A DNA stretch of 63,159 bases, filler included, from Craspedostauros australis (GCA_030167865.1; 12 parts of 12 records of this genome joined end to end with filler, not necessarily neighbours in it); one strand, 5' to 3'. Shown: positions 37,401 to 49,913, counted from the whole stretch's first letter. Notes: generated from the letters alone by a model not told the origin. Program-made: numbers and translations.

Positions 37401-38670
37401 GGAAGGCGAGCAGCTTGCAGCTGCTGTGCGAGAGGTGTTGTCAGAGCAAAGGGAACGGCTGGCAAAGGTGCTGGAACTCCCGGAGGGCGCCGAAGTCATG
37501 CTGGTACCATCAGGATCCGATGCCGAATACGTCCCGCTCGCCTTCGCTCGGGCTTTGCACCCCGGCAAGGAGATCGCCAACGGCGTCACGCAACTTCGAG
37601 AGATTGGAGCCGGGTCCGCCCCAGCCGCTGTCGGCAAGTTCTTCTCCACCCATGCTCCACTCGTGGGAGGCATCGACGGGGAGGAACGCCTGGCTGGTTT
37701 TAATGGAATTGACGGCGTTGCAATCGATGCGCGTGCGCGCAGCGGTGACGCAGTTGACGCTGTTGCTGAGATGAAGAGCTTTCTGGATGCTGCGGTCAAC
37801 GACGGCAAGTTCCCCATCATCCACGGTGTGTTCGGTGGCAAGACTGGAATGCGGGACGCCGCCATGCCCGCAAGCCTCGAGCAAGGTGACAAGTCGTTCG
37901 GTGTTATTGATGCATGCCAGGCTCGCTTCCAGCTCAAGGAATTGCATGGATGGATCGAACAGGATTCCATCATCTTGTACACGGGCAGCAAGTTCTACCA
38001 AGCACCACCATTCTGTGGCGCCGTCCTCATCCCATCCACCATCGCCAAAAAACTCCGCGAAGCCCAGGCTCCAGCTGACATGCTTGGCAGCATGGGGCTC
38101 GGTGCCTTCTTTACAGACAAGGAGCTTCCAGAATGCCTCGAGCACTGGAAGGAGCACTTGAAGGATGAGGCCGCCAACAATGTCGGGCTCGTCCTTCGAT
38201 GGGAAGCAGGGTTGGCGGGGATGGAGGCCCTGAGCTCCACTCCGGACGATCAAAGAACTGCCTCTGTGAAGGAATGGAGCTCCAGCGTCTCCACCATGGT
38301 CAACAACGAAGCCCAGCTCGATGTGTTCTGCTTGGACAGCGACATCGTGAGTCTGCGGATCGCCAAAGGTGACGATTGGTTGAGCATGAGCGAATTGCGA
38401 GATGTCTACCGCTGGATGAGCAAGGATGTTTCCTCAATCATTCCCGAAGCAACGGCGGAAGAGAAGCAGGCATTGTCGCAGGTTGCGTACACTGGTCAGC
38501 CGGTCGACGTCGCAGACTCGCACGCCATCATCCGCATTGCTATTGGTGTGGATGGCCTGCTGTCCTACCTGAACGACGCAGAGAGCACGCTGGCCGAGGA
38601 CAGGCTGACTGTCAACAAGTTGGCCGCTCTCGGAAAGTACTTTGACAAGCTCAAGCAGAGTGGGCTGTAG
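34464..38670 (+). CDS. Asparagine synthetase B-type amidotransferase fused to a C-terminal PLP-dependent (fold type I-like) domain; exons 34464-34738, 34984-35497, 35902-38670 (1185 aa)
   Basis: Amidotransferase/synthetase motifs MCG, HRGPD, GHTRLAIVD (made by splicing), NGEIYNH, SDCEV, LDGMFAF, ARDPVGIKPLY, LSGGVDS, GEGADELFAGY, EARVPFLD. C-terminal motifs PSGSDAE, VIDACQ, TGSKF. Both GT-AG introns keep the frame. Confidence 0.9.
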
Positions 38671-39164
38671 GAGCTTTGGCAAATTTATGCCCTCTCCACG
38701 GGTGCTCCGATCGCGATTGCGATTGCGACCGTGGAATGAAAATGTCAACTTGTGACAGCCACGCGATCGTGCGTACGTGCGTGCGCCGACATCTACATCC
38801 ATATCCAAGTTCGTGCTGCTAACATCCTCACGTAACCTTCTCCACAAAACTAGACACCCATACCCTTGACCAGGAGAACGCTGATGACGGAAATATTGAG
38901 TGGGCATACCCACCGCCATGTTTGCCGAGCGCTCTATGGTACGACCACCCGTACTCGTATAACGGCCATCGTTGCGATAATGAATACAGCTGCGAACAAG
39001 GCGACATTTCCATGCTGACTGAGCTCTCACATGAAAACCGAGGCAAGTGTGGTTTAACGCTTCAGTCCCACAAACTTTGGCCGAATCTCAACCAACCGAT
39101 GGAATTGCGTTGGAGAACGCTTTGCCCTGCGCATGCGATCGGACGGGGCGAGCGGTATGGGGCG

Positions 39165-39262
39165 ATTGCGTTGTATTGCATTGTATTGCATTGTGTTGCA
39201 TTGTGTTGCATTGTATTGCATTGTATTGCGTTGTATTGCGTTGTATTGCATTGTTTTGCATT
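39165..39262. repeat. Pentamer microsatellite (TTGCA/TTGTA)n
   Basis: Directly visible. Confidence 0.9.
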
Positions 39263-39368
39263 GAAATTGGAGCGAAATGGAGTGAATGCCACATCACATC
39301 ACTTTTTGATGTTGAGGCCATCAACCCACTAGCACCCAAACGTGGCAGAAAACCTCGCAGAAACGAAG

Positions 39369-40904
39369 ATGAATGGCACCATGGGATGGTTCCGACGCAA
39401 TCAGTTTGTGCTCCCTCACGACGATTACGTGTATGGCGACGAAGACGAGGATGATGACGATGACGATCGACAACGATCCTACCTTCCAAAGTACATTGTG
39501 GGTGCATCATCTTCGCTGCGATCCGCATCCATCTCGGAGCTGACCCCTCCAGCACGAAGATACGACTGTGGCATTGCACAAAATCGCCACCCCACCAAGC
39601 TGCGAGAGATGGAAGTGAAAGACATGAGTGGAGATGGCGATGAGACTCGCAGCGGGGTACCGGAGACGCCGAAACGCAGACCCAAATGTCTTTCGAGATT
39701 GTTGGATCCAATGCGTTTCGACAGGAGCAACAGGAGGAAGAAGAAGGGGACGGTTCTGGTCCATCGAACATACACGCAGATGAAATGCAAGCGGGCCGGC
39801 ATGGACAATGCGGAGGGCAGTAGGCCTCATGCAAGTGTACCTCCCGAATGCTCCTACGGATCAGTGTCGTTATCCTTCTCATTTGCGCCGTCATCAGCAT
39901 CGTCGTCATCGCCATCATCGTCGCCATTGCCGAGAGATCGTCTGTTGCAGCCGCGCACTTCGGACAAGATGCAAGGCGCGTGCGCGACACCGGATATCGC
40001 GGACGGAGCAGCAGCGGCTGCATCTGCATCTACACAACTCGAGAAGGAGGCAACCCAGCATGCGGGTAGCAACGAGAGAAAGCACATTCGACAACAAAGA
40101 CGTTTGGAATCGCATGGTACGGATACGGTGTATGCCCTCTTCCCAAAGTATGCGCCTGAAGCCACGAGCAATGTTGATCGTGCGGAGACCCATCGCTCAC
40201 GCTCCCCTACATGCAATGTGCGAAACCAGCTATCGCAAGAAGACACTGCGTCACCCGTGAGCCGCAGCAGGATGTGCCTGGGGGTTTCGTTCTCCCATCC
40301 TGCCAAGGGAGCCACTAAGTTCGCACCGTTTTCCTTCCAGAGGATGCCCATCATTGAGAGTGAAGATCGTGGTTTCCATTGCTTTAGCCCTCGATCGTCG
40401 CACGAACAAAAGGACGAGGAAGAGGCAGATGAAGAAGAACACGAGGTCTTTCATGAAGACAGCGCCAATAGCATGTTTCCGAACCCAGGCCGCACAAACG
40501 AGATGGTGCACGACACAGAAAGCGATCATTCCGGATCATCACAAATGGCATCCTTCATTTGTTTCGACAACCCATTTCCGAGATCTGGAACCAGAAAGAT
40601 GCCTGTACTGGAAGATCGTCCCAACTCAGTGCCACTGGTGCCTTCTAAATGCGTTGCAGGCAATTTGGATTGGGCAGCCGCCCCTTCCATCTCTCTCAAT
40701 GTCCAACAACATACTGCAAAGCAGCATGAACCACTTGCACGCCATCCCTCGTACGATCTCGTCCCACATCCCAATCGCATTGAATGGCACGGGGAAATGG
40801 TCTCCATGCCGTTGCGGTGTGACTTGCCGCACGGTGGGAGAATGAATCGCACTCAACAACAAGGCATCAACACCACCGATCGACGTCGAATCGTTCGACA
40901 TTGA
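39369..40904 (+). CDS. Hypothetical low-complexity, probably disordered protein
   Basis: Over 500 open codons, Ser- and acid-rich, with no domain recognised. Confidence 0.5.
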   Translation: MNGTMGWFRRNQFVLPHDDYVYGDEDEDDDDDDRQRSYLPKYIVGASSSLRSASISELTPPARRYDCGIAQNRHPTKLREMEVKDMSGDGDETRSGVPETPKRRPKCLSRLLDPMRFDRSNRRKKKGTVLVHRTYTQMKCKRAGMDNAEGSRPHASVPPECSYGSVSLSFSFAPSSASSSSPSSSPLPRDRLLQPRTSDKMQGACATPDIADGAAAAASASTQLEKEATQHAGSNERKHIRQQRRLESHGTDTVYALFPKYAPEATSNVDRAETHRSRSPTCNVRNQLSQEDTASPVSRSRMCLGVSFSHPAKGATKFAPFSFQRMPIIESEDRGFHCFSPRSSHEQKDEEEADEEEHEVFHEDSANSMFPNPGRTNEMVHDTESDHSGSSQMASFICFDNPFPRSGTRKMPVLEDRPNSVPLVPSKCVAGNLDWAAAPSISLNVQQHTAKQHEPLARHPSYDLVPHPNRIEWHGEMVSMPLRCDLPHGGRMNRTQQQGINTTDRRRIVRH

Positions 40905-41575
40905 TTGCAATAGGATGGAATCGAACAGCAGCGGATGAGTCAAACATTATCCTGTGTTTAATAGAATAGTTGGCTGAGAAACCAATATTAGTTTGTATAC
41001 GACAATGTCTATGTCTATGTCAAGTGATTGGAGTGGAGTGGGAAGAAGGATCATCCGTTTGATGTTTCATTCATCCGTTCGTTCCTTGTGTCTTTGCTTG
41101 TGTGTCTTTGCTTGTGTGTCTTTGCTTGTTGTTGTTGTGTGTGTGCGTTTGTATCGTGCAAAGAATGGTTTCGCTGATGAAATTGTGACGCATTCGTGCG
41201 GATTCCGAATATCCATGACTGGAAGTTTTCTACTTGCGTTGGTGATGACGTGAACGGAATTCCTCATTTGCTTCCACTCTTTTGGCTGCTCAGTTGTTTG
41301 CGGTTCGTTTGATTGTGTTGTCATCTGCTCGGGCAGTGTTGCAAGCGTGTTTCATGCTGACGTTGTGGCGATCGCTTTGTTTGGAGATGTGTCAATACGA
41401 CTAGTTGTTGGCAACGTGTTCATCTTTCCATCATCATTCTTCATCCCACAGTCTCATTCACATCACCTCCGCGTTCAGACCATCAGCAGCATCGCCATCG
41501 CCATCGCCATCGCCATCACCCTCGCACTACACTTGCACTCGTACTGCCCCGCACACCAATACGGCAACGACGGCA

Positions 41576-42436
41576 ATGACAACAGCCATGACAATGACAA
41601 GGTCAACCATAGCACCCCTGCTGCTGGTGTTGACGATGATGGCGCAAACGGCGCCAGTCGACGCGTTCTCGCCCATTCAAGCATTCTCAACCAAGACAGC
41701 AGCAGCAGCAACTGCATCCACGGCAGCATCCTTGCCCACGTTTGATTCTCTCACGCAATCCATCGGCACGGACAGCACGTTCCTCGTTGCGCTATCAGCA
41801 CCCTCTTTCCAAGGACTGCTGTCTGCCTACACCACCGTACTGCAACAACACACGTTGCCAACCCAAATTGTGACGGGCGCCACGTTGGCCGTCGTTGGCG
41901 ATGCCATCGCACAACGCACATCCGCGTCCAAAGTCTACGATTCGCGTCGCGCCGCATCGTTCGCTGTCTTCGACATGGCGTATCGTGTTCTGCAGCATTA
42001 CGCGTTTCCATGGATCATTCACAATTGCCATGGTCAGTTCTTGGGTCCCGCGCTGCACGATCCGTTTCTGGCGTCGACGTTGGAACAGACGTTGGCCAAT
42101 CAGCTCGTCATCGTGCCGTTCCTGTATTACCCCGCCTTCTTTGCATTGACGGGATTTCTGCAGGGTCTCACGCCCGATGGCACGGTGCAACGCGCGCGCG
42201 AGACGTTCTTCTTCCTGATGCAGCGCAACCTCATGTTCTGGATTCCGGTTCAGTTCATTCAATTCGGGTACGTTGCGGAGGAGTACCAAATACCCTTCGT
42301 GTGCGTGGCGGGTTTGATTTGGACCTGCATCCTGTCCATCTTGGCGGGATCGACGCAAGGGTATTCGAAGGATGACCCAGAAGGCGGTGTAGACGACGAG
42401 GTGATGGCGTCCGCCGCGGTGGAGACGAGCAACTAA
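41576..42436 (+). CDS. Mpv17/PMP22 family membrane protein with probable plastid bipartite presequence
   Basis: GDAIAQ, ANQLV..P.YYP.FF and FWIPVQFIQF motifs. The signal peptide ends VDA-FSP. Start could be 41576, 41588 or 41594. Confidence 0.88.
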   Translation: MTTAMTMTRSTIAPLLLVLTMMAQTAPVDAFSPIQAFSTKTAAAATASTAASLPTFDSLTQSIGTDSTFLVALSAPSFQGLLSAYTTVLQQHTLPTQIVTGATLAVVGDAIAQRTSASKVYDSRRAASFAVFDMAYRVLQHYAFPWIIHNCHGQFLGPALHDPFLASTLEQTLANQLVIVPFLYYPAFFALTGFLQGLTPDGTVQRARETFFFLMQRNLMFWIPVQFIQFGYVAEEYQIPFVCVAGLIWTCILSILAGSTQGYSKDDPEGGVDDEVMASAAVETSN

Positions 42437-43047
42437 TGGCGCCCGCCATGGCGCTTGGGCGACCGCTGATGGTGGGCCCAGTTGGGAGATTTGTGCACAT
42501 GTCCGACGGTCATGAAGCAGACTTACTCTCGTCGTAGCAGGAACAGCAGCAGCTACGGCAGCAAAAGCAACGGGTATGGACTAATGAGGAAGGACAGTAC
42601 CAAAGGTGATATTCTTCGGCGATATTTAGTTGTGGGACATAAAAGGCAGCAAAGCGCAGTACGTATGTATGATGCATGCATGCATATGAACCTCCTCGCA
42701 CGGTATTATGCGAAGACCACTCATCCAAACCCCATCCCGTTCCGCGCACATCGGAGGATTCACGCTGCAAACACAGTTGTTTCATTCACTGTCCTCGATA
42801 CTAAACACCCAATGTACCATACTACTGCTGTTCATTGGTGTCGAGTTTGATGTTTCACTGATTTAGAATTGGACATGCATGTAACAATTTGTGCACTGTA
42901 CTCTCCATGAATTATGTTGCCCGTCGTTCATCGAGGAAGTCAGCCACAGCATTCTCTCGCAAAGCACGAACGCTATCGAGGCAGTAACATCGAGACTGAC
43001 GAGCCGGTTTTCCCTCTTCATCTCCAACTATTATTGCAGCACCGTGA

Positions 43048-43914
43048 TCATGCCTTGCTGCTGCTGCCGAATTGCCAAAACTTCTTCTTCGGCTTGGACT
43101 TCTCCTTCTCCTTGCCCTTGCTGCTGCTGCTCTTCTTCTTGTAGCTATCTGCCTTTGGCATCTCCGGTGGCGGCGACGAAGACTTTCGGGACTTTCTGGT
43201 ACTGCTCTGCGACACGGCCGCTTGCGCCGTCGCCGCCGGTGAGGACGACGAGCATCCGCACGATGGTTCCAGGATCTCCAAGAACTCCCCGTCGATCGGA
43301 TTGCGCTTCATGGTGTAGATCTTGTTGACGAGACCGGGAATGGTGGTCGAGATGCCGCCGAACACCTGCAGGCACGTGACGGGCTTGCCCTGGGTCGACT
43401 CCGGCGCTTCCTGCGACAGGATGGGGATGCCCATGCCGTACAACGTGGCGACGTTGAGCTCCAGGCAGATCCATTCGAGATCGGGATCCGTCGTGTGCTG
43501 GTAGAAAATGTTGGCCGTGCTGATGATGTCGTTCTTGAAGACCGTGGCGCGCGTGAACTTGCCGTCCTTGACGAACGTGGGTGGGAAGTAGGGTTGCTTG
43601 CGCTTCGCGGCCTTCAACCAGTTCTTGCCTTGGCAGAGATGGTAGATGTGATCGACATCCGGAGGTGGCGGTGGCGGTGCGCTGTCGGATGGCAACGGGC
43701 AGGCCGAGTAGCCTGTCGCTGCATCGCCGACAGAGGCAGCGGCAGTGTTGCTGCTGCTGCTGCAAGTGGCCGTCGGTGCCGTCGATGCCGTCGTCGTGTT
43801 CGCCGCGGCGCCAGAGCCGCTGCAGGAAGTTCCTCCACGAGTAGCCTCCTGCTTGGATGCGTCTGCCTCCATGTCGTCAAAGCCGGTAAAGTCGGCGGAG
43901 TGGTACCAACCCAT
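43048..43914 (-). CDS. DUF952-like domain protein
   Basis: HIYHLC...W..A....YFPPT...DG.F and LELNV, flanked by low-complexity regions. Confidence 0.7.
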   Translation of the reverse strand: MGWYHSADFTGFDDMEADASKQEATRGGTSCSGSGAAANTTTASTAPTATCSSSSNTAAASVGDAATGYSACPLPSDSAPPPPPPDVDHIYHLCQGKNWLKAAKRKQPYFPPTFVKDGKFTRATVFKNDIISTANIFYQHTTDPDLEWICLELNVATLYGMGIPILSQEAPESTQGKPVTCLQVFGGISTTIPGLVNKIYTMKRNPIDGEFLEILEPSCGCSSSSPAATAQAAVSQSSTRKSRKSSSPPPEMPKADSYKKKSSSSKGKEKEKSKPKKKFWQFGSSSKA

Positions 43915-44733
43915 GGTCAAAGTCTTTCAGTTGCTCTGTTCAGATCGTTATTCAGGGAATTGGCCTGGACTGCTTCTTGCAAAAGTATTGCGTCCTTCGG
44001 TATCCAATAAAGAACTTTTATGAATGGTTGTGGCTGTGGTTGTGGTGGAGGCTCTGAAGAATCAACAACCAGATCCCTTGCGGCTTCCCTCCTCTTCCTT
44101 TCGTCGATTCTCTCCACTCAATGCCACGAATACGAACTGCAAGCACAGGCAGCAATCAAGCAGACAGAACTCGCCACCTCTTTCTCGATAATCGATGACT
44201 TGTTTGATGTGGTTGATCCTAACGTCGGCGAAGTTGGTGGCGATGATACTCACACCGAGTGACCGCATCAATCGCAACCAACAAAAAGCGTGGCCAATTG
44301 AAGAAATCACGTTGGGCCTATTTGTTGAGAGAGGGTCATTTCTGCTTGTTCTTCACAATCGCCGAGAATGACTTGAGCGACTTCACAATATGATCCGTTG
44401 AGTCGAATTTCTCGCGTCTTGTGACTCTCATGTGACGTCAGCAGAAGATACGAAAACAAATCAATTTGCCTTCAACCAAACAAACAAGGAGCGAACAAAA
44501 CTACAACCCTGACGACAACGTCAACAACGCCAACAGCAACCATGTGGGCGAAGGAGGCTGACCATGGCGATCTGCGGGTGCTGTGACGGCTGTCGGTGTC
44601 ACCATGAAGACACCGCCTGTCACGCTCGTAGGTTTCTCCCCATTGCAAAGCACAGAGCATTGACTGATCGTCGCATTTCCCTCGCCTTGCCTCTGCTGCA
44701 TTCTCCTTCCATCACGAGTGATCATCCAGAACG

Positions 44734-46074
44734 ATGACCATGGCATCTTCCAACGTCGCGCGACGCATGCTGTTCACAGTGGCGGTCATCACAGCACTAT
44801 CCGCAACGGCAACTGCGTTCGTGCTGAAGCCAGATGGTGGACGATCGCCTTCGATGGCAGCATCATGCCCGGCCATGTCCACCACATCGCTGCACATGTT
44901 CGATTTCTTGAAACCAAAGAACGACGAAGGAAAGGAAGACGACACGTCGAATGCAAATACGAAAGAACCAGCTCAGCAACAACAACAACAACAACAACAA
45001 CAAGCATCCCAAGATGTCGATCCGGTCGACAAGATCTTCGGTTTCTTCTTCGGTGAAAAGGAAGAGGCGCCGATGGGCCTCAAACGCGGATTGGAGCGCT
45101 TTCCGGAGCAGTATCCCGCAGTCATTGATCAATTTGCCGATCCGGTGGCATCGGATACGCGGGACATGGCAGCAGTTCGGCCGCTGCTAAAGAATACCAA
45201 CCTGGAAACACGGGGCTTGAAATTGACGTACGATGCCAACAAGGATGGGTGGGACGCCGATACCTTTCATCAACGCGTCGACCGGTTGGGTGGTGGATTG
45301 GTCGTCTGCACGACGGCGGATGGATTGATTTGCGGTGGATGTGAGTGCGAACAAGGCAGCGTCTGATTTGGTCGAAGACTTTGCGTTGGATGGAATGGAG
45401 AGCATGGCATTGCAAGCGCAAGATTCAGTGATGCAAGTGTGAGCGACTTCACACCTAGCTCGTATGTCAAAGGCTTGTATTGTCATGTTGCAGCGCATCG
45501 TACCATTCTGAAAACTAACGTGATTGCCTTCCCACGTTACTCGTATCTCTTTCATGTCCGTTTCCCATCATCGCGTTTGCGTTCCCACATCATTCACTGG
45601 TGGTCCGATTTCTCTCCACAATCGTCGTCGTCCTCCTCCTCCTCCTCGATATCATGGTAAATGGTATCCTCCACCCTGCTCTCCTCAATCACAGACAATC
45701 CAAAGGGTTGGGTCGGATACGGCGAGGCGCGTGGGTCGATTGCTGCATTCCTGTTCGTGTACAAGCGCGGGTACGACGAGCTGCCGACGAAGCTGCGCAA
45801 GGTCGGTGGGGCCAGTCTGGCGCAGCAGGACTTGCCCGAATCTGGGCCATCGTTTGGAGCTGATTCCCTCGTCATCCCGCTGGCCCGAAACAATCCCAAA
45901 TACGCACGCAGCAAGCTGGGCAGTTACTATGAACGCTTCCCGGATGGAACCAACACCTTGTTTGGGAAGCGCGGTGGGAGCGTGCAGTTGAAGGATCTGA
46001 AAGTGTATCACGGTGTCTACGAAGAAGGCGAGTACATTCCGTTCACAGACGCCGAGCCGTTTGCATTGTACTAA
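44734..46074 (+). CDS. TLDc-domain protein, probably plastid-targeted; exons 44734-45340 and 45695-46074
   Basis: YDANKDGW....FHQRVD, GGYNPKGW (made by the GTGAGT...ACAG splice), AFLF and GPSFG. The signal peptide ends ATA-FV. Confidence 0.88.
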
Positions 46075-46264
46075 AATACATATAACACCTTGCTATATGG
46101 ACGACCAGGACATGCCAGAATCAGCCGAGCTACCTAAAAAAGATCTGTGCGCACTCTAAGTCTTATTCCTACGTATGTCCTCTCTGTGTGCGTATCGCAT
46201 TTGTTCGAATCGACAATGGTCGTTCATTATCTCATGGAGCATGGTGCATATGCCGTTTCGCATA

Positions 46265-46296
<32 letters not shown>

Positions 46297-46604
46297 TTGT
46301 TAACATTGTCGTGTGTATGTGTGCCATCAATGTACGTGCGGTGTTGCTTTCAGCGATCATTTCGACAGAGAGCTCCTCGTGCTGCCGATGATCGCTCCAC
46401 CAACCTGAAGCCAATGAGTGGTATTTTTCTACTATATCACACAGCAAGGAGCATCTCCAGTTGGTGCGGCTGTTTTGAACAGGATCTGCCTGACGCTACC
46501 TCCGTACTTGCTCTAAAAGCACGCAGACGACTCAACAACTTTGGCCTCGTTCACCTCATCATTGTCGTGCCTCGAAGAGCCTGCTAGAGAGTGCCACGCA
46601 TGCT

Positions 46605-46847
46605 TTACAGCTCGATGGTATCTTCCGTCGCAGCGCCAGTTGCATCAGCTGTCTCCTTCTTGACGACCTTCTCCGTATTGATGCCCATGAACTCGGGCAC
46701 CGGCGGTGGCCTCGGAGGACCTCCAGCAGCGGCTTGATTGCTTTTCACGCTGTCGAAGACCGTCTTTGGTGGGACGGAGCGCACGTACAAGGCGAAGGCG
46801 ACCAGGAAGGCAAACAGGATGCCACCGACTGCTGGGAGGAAACTCAT
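46605..46847 (-). CDS. Small single-pass membrane protein, 80 aa
   Basis: N-terminal TM helix followed by a Pro-rich tail; GC-ending codons like neighbouring genes. Confidence 0.5.
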   Translation of the reverse strand: MSFLPAVGGILFAFLVAFALYVRSVPPKTVFDSVKSNQAAAGGPPRPPPVPEFMGINTEKVVKKETADATGAATEDTIEL

Positions 46848-47959
46848 GCATTCCTAATTTGCCCGATGGCGATTGAAGATGCACGTGCGTGCAATATGTG
46901 GAATGTTGGGATTGGAGTGGCGTGAGCCGATCACGCAGAAGAAGAGAGGTGGAGGCAATGCTGTTAGCCACCGACAGAAGTCTCGGAGAGTGGAACGGAT
47001 CTTTGCAGAACAGCAACTTCATCGTCCACTTCACTTCACTCCAAATCAAACCGAAAGTCGGTGATGCAATGCAACCGGACTTGACGCAATGAAATACGAT
47101 ACCATAAATTGCAGCATTGCCAGGCGCTGATCATACCAGTACACGTCGACGAATGCACGAAACGTGGCGTACCTGCCGTGCCTCTTCCTGGGCTTCCAAA
47201 CGTCTCCTCCGCTCTTCCTTCGTCTCCTTCCTGTGCTTGCCATCAGCAGTCTTCTTCGTGCCTCCCTTGGATTGCTTGGATCTTCCCATGGTATCTTTTT
47301 TTGCTTCCTTGCCTTCTGGCTTCTTTGTTGCTGTCTCTCTTCGGCTGTTTCGGATGAATGCGCTGCTGGTATCGGTGATGCCTTCTTCTCGATGCGTTCC
47401 AGAGTACTCCCCAACGTTCTCGGTAATGACGCTGACAATGATGATGCTGTCGATGTCGATGTCGGTGCTCTGATCAGCATCGGTGGGTGTTTGGTTGGGT
47501 CGAGAATGCTTTTGATGCGGGGGATGGTGTCAGTGTCGGTCATTTTCGATTCCTTTGCGAAGCCGAATCGAGCTTGTTTACTCGGAGGGGTCGACTCATT
47601 CACGAACGAGCAAAGCGCCACACGATCAAATGACGGCGCATCAACTCGCCACCTGCATCGTATCAGTGCTCGTGCTTACTTACACTCACACACCAAGATC
47701 TTTCATCACACCAGCCACACCAACACGCCCACTGTCGACGTCGCAACATCACGGAGTCGTGCCATAGTTCGTAGAGCCTCGTCCGGTACACCCGTGTGCC
47801 ACAAGTCGTCACACAACAATCAGCAATACTATACAACGGGGATGGAATTACGAGCCTTGCATTAATTGCGGATTCGAAACCATGGAGCATGACACGTGCC
47901 AGTGCATCATGTCGCTTGTTTACTCTATCATATTGTATGACTGTGCATCTTGTGGGAGT

Positions 47960-48362
47960 CCTCATTGATGTACCAGCTGGAGAGCTGGTAGGCTCCAAGG
48001 AAGCGATATCCATTCTCCTGAATCTTGTTCTGCGCCACCATATCCTTGCGCCAGCCGACGTGACTTTGCTCCACGAAGATGATGCCAAATTTTTAGGCAT
48101 CAAAATCTACACCATTGATTGCAGTCCTTTCCACACCTTCCACGTCAAGCAAGAAGAAATCGATGAAGCCGCTGGGGCCCAAGGCTTCGTGCGGAATGTC
48201 CGTCAGCGTCGTGCATTTCACGATGGCGGCATTCTTGATCAATGTCGGTGTCCACCATCGCTTTTGGTATTCGTCACTGGTGAATTCGACACAGCCGCTG
48301 ATGGCAAGATGTTTCCCAGCAGCGGATCTGCCTGGTTTGGACGGTGGCACTGACTGGCTCAC
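47960..48362 (-). pseudogene. FkbM-type methyltransferase C-terminal remnant
   Basis: IDFFLLDVEGVE...VDFDA*KFGIIFVE...ENGY, with an in-frame TAA at 48093-48095 and no N-terminal SAM motif seen. Confidence 0.6.
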
Positions 48363-49238
48363 TTATGACAATTGGAAACCTACAAATGCAGTGTCACTCT
48401 GAAACTATTTTGTCAGTATGTTTACGTAGGTATGGATCTATCTACCTTTAGGTGCGTAGGTAGCTCGCACATTTCTCTCTCTTGCTCTTCAGAGACGACT
48501 CTTCTCGGACGGTAGACTACTCGTGCGACCATCGCCTGCAAAGAGCGCAATGATCACCGCGAAGAGCAAATGTTGTTTCGTGACGATACCCTCTCCTACT
48601 TCGCTGTTACCCACCTGAGATTTTGCCGTGTCCAGGATGTCCTAGATTGCAATATGGGCACACGATGATCCCAAGAGATACCCTCACCACCTCTCCTGCA
48701 TGCGTCAGGAGTCCAAGAGTGTGTCAACGAACTACTCACGAAATCAGCAACATCATAATCGTATCTGTTGCACATCCAACCATCCATCCAACCAAACTCA
48801 TGAGCTAAGTTCAGTTTTCTTGTTGCATCGCTCTATCTAGATCTGTACGGTAGGCTTCCACACAAACGATTCGGAACGTCGCGATTTTCAGGCATTCACG
48901 GAGAACACAGTTCGGAGAATCTAGGAGCACAATTTCCTCCGATACTTGGACATGTCGGCGATTTTTTGTCTCGCTTGTCCCGATTGGCATTCGCACGACC
49001 ACATCATCAACGAGGCAACTCAAACACGATTTGGTTCCTCCTGCGTTCCGTTCTCCCACGAACAAAAACGCGGAACGTGAAGGAAAAGCACCTCTCTGCA
49101 CAAGACCAGAAGATCCAGCGACGCCGCGTACTCTCCATCTCCTCCTTGCTTCGGCACCTCCTGGTCCATCTCATAAAATCGAATCGCCAACGCCAACGCA
49201 AACGAACCAATCAACAAACACCCAACCGCAGCAACGCC

Positions 49239-49913
49239 ATGCCTTCTTCAATTCAGTCCCAACGCAGCAGCAGCAGCAGCAAGACGAACAAGCACACATG
49301 CAATCGCAACACGACGACAACGAATCGCAAGAAGTCCGTCTCGTTCAACCGCAGAGTCAGGGTGAAGGAGACTCTCCACCTCAACAACTACACAGACGCC
49401 GAGATCGATGCATGTTGGTTGTCCAAGCAGGAAAGCATGCACATCAGACAGGACATTGCCAACACGCTCAGACAGCATCACCAACACAACGGAGGCGTCA
49501 GCTACAGCGACATTCGCGGACTTGAGTGCCGCACCAAGCAAGGCTCCGAGCAGCGACGGAGGGATCGCAACGAATCGATCTCCGCTGTGTTGGACGAACA
49601 GGATCTACAGGATCATGAAGGATCATGCTGCCCAGATATCATCTCGTATGTCTACACCGAAGCCTCGCGAAGCGCGCAGATCAGAGCGAACGTCCGGGCG
49701 ATCCTGGATTACCAGGTCGTGAATTACAGAGAGCACGTCGCTCACAAGCAAGCCCAGCTGGAGATGGGAGCACGCACAAGCACAACTGAAGGCACGCACT
49801 CTGTGCCGATCACAGCAATAGATGCATCACGTCAAGTGCAAAGCGTTGTACTGAAGACGAATCCACGCCAGCGACAAATGGTGCCGCACAACGTCGCAGG
49901 AACTGCGGCCTAA
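49239..49913 (+). CDS. Uncharacterised diatom-expanded family protein (KSVSF/RGLE/VLDEQ motifs)
   Basis: KKSVSFN.RVRV...YTDAEI..CW, RGLE, AVLDEQ..Q and Y..AS. Confidence 0.75.
   Translation: MPSSIQSQRSSSSSKTNKHTCNRNTTTTNRKKSVSFNRRVRVKETLHLNNYTDAEIDACWLSKQESMHIRQDIANTLRQHHQHNGGVSYSDIRGLECRTKQGSEQRRRDRNESISAVLDEQDLQDHEGSCCPDIISYVYTEASRSAQIRANVRAILDYQVVNYREHVAHKQAQLEMGARTSTTEGTHSVPITAIDASRQVQSVVLKTNPRQRQMVPHNVAGTAA

Noticed and set aside
47046..47865. Overlapping 191-aa and 233-aa ORFs
   Set aside because: Low complexity, no recognisable domain, and the strand cannot be decided.
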